A stretch of 64,000 nucleotides of DNA from Armatimonadota bacterium (GTDB lineage: Bacteria; Armatimonadota; Fimbriimonadia; Fimbriimonadales; GBS-DC): the NCBI GenBank assembly GCA_023511915.1, contig JAIMAN010000006.1, forward strand, positions 3,284 to 67,283, read 5' to 3'. The translations under genes and the position numbers were made by a program. How positions within the stretch are numbered: the stretch's first letter is position 1; every line of letters begins with the position of its first letter. Below, piece by piece: positions 63,992 through 64,000 of the stretch. The notes below the pieces were generated by a model that did not search any database, had not been told where the DNA came from, and was given only the letters and a program-made list of their open reading frames with translations.

Positions 63992-64000
63992 CGGCGGGGT

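Overview
GC-rich bacterial chromosomal window with about 60 protein genes, one tRNA and no rRNA. The lineage is not identifiable from sequence alone. PEP-CTERM proteins, a DUF1559 pseudopilin, Uma2 nucleases and many leaderless genes suggest an Armatimonadota-, Planctomycetota- or Chloroflexota-like organism (inference). The left edge carries the 5' part of a type I-C CRISPR-Cas effector operon on the minus strand: cas5c, a short cas8c, and a separately encoded cas11c-like ORF. It is divergent from a glyoxylate-shunt operon (aceB-aceA). The rest is housekeeping (rluD, rplU, trpS, glnA, trpD, folK, mtnA, tyrS, ribE, hisA, lon, clpB, plsC, hpt, tRNA-Ser) interleaved with many secreted or surface proteins. 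These include three PEP-CTERM proteins, two of them behind perfect sigma-54 promoters, and three proteins sharing a C-terminal double dockerin-like module that ends in G-x-G-C. There is also a tail-fibre-like protein with 26-aa tandem repeats, a tricorn-like peptidase, a C11-like peptidase and a pseudopilin. Other content is an ECF sigma/anti-sigma pair next to a TPR-CHAT protein, an SbcD/SbcC-like pair, a MazEF module plus an orphan antitoxin, and two Uma2 nucleases. The most notable observations are: (1) a solitary type I-C-like CRISPR repeat inside a structured, terminator-ended intergenic RNA about 60 kb from the cas genes; (2) cas8c split exactly at the Cas8c/Cas11c boundary; (3) recurrent promoter-region motifs shared by lon, tricorn and sbcD, and by cas5c and secreted-protein genes; (4) a roughly 160-nt hairpin-rich intergenic repeat family; (5) widespread leaderless gene starts; (6) a frameshifted photolyase gene. 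All homology calls come from motif recognition by eye, because no database search could be run.
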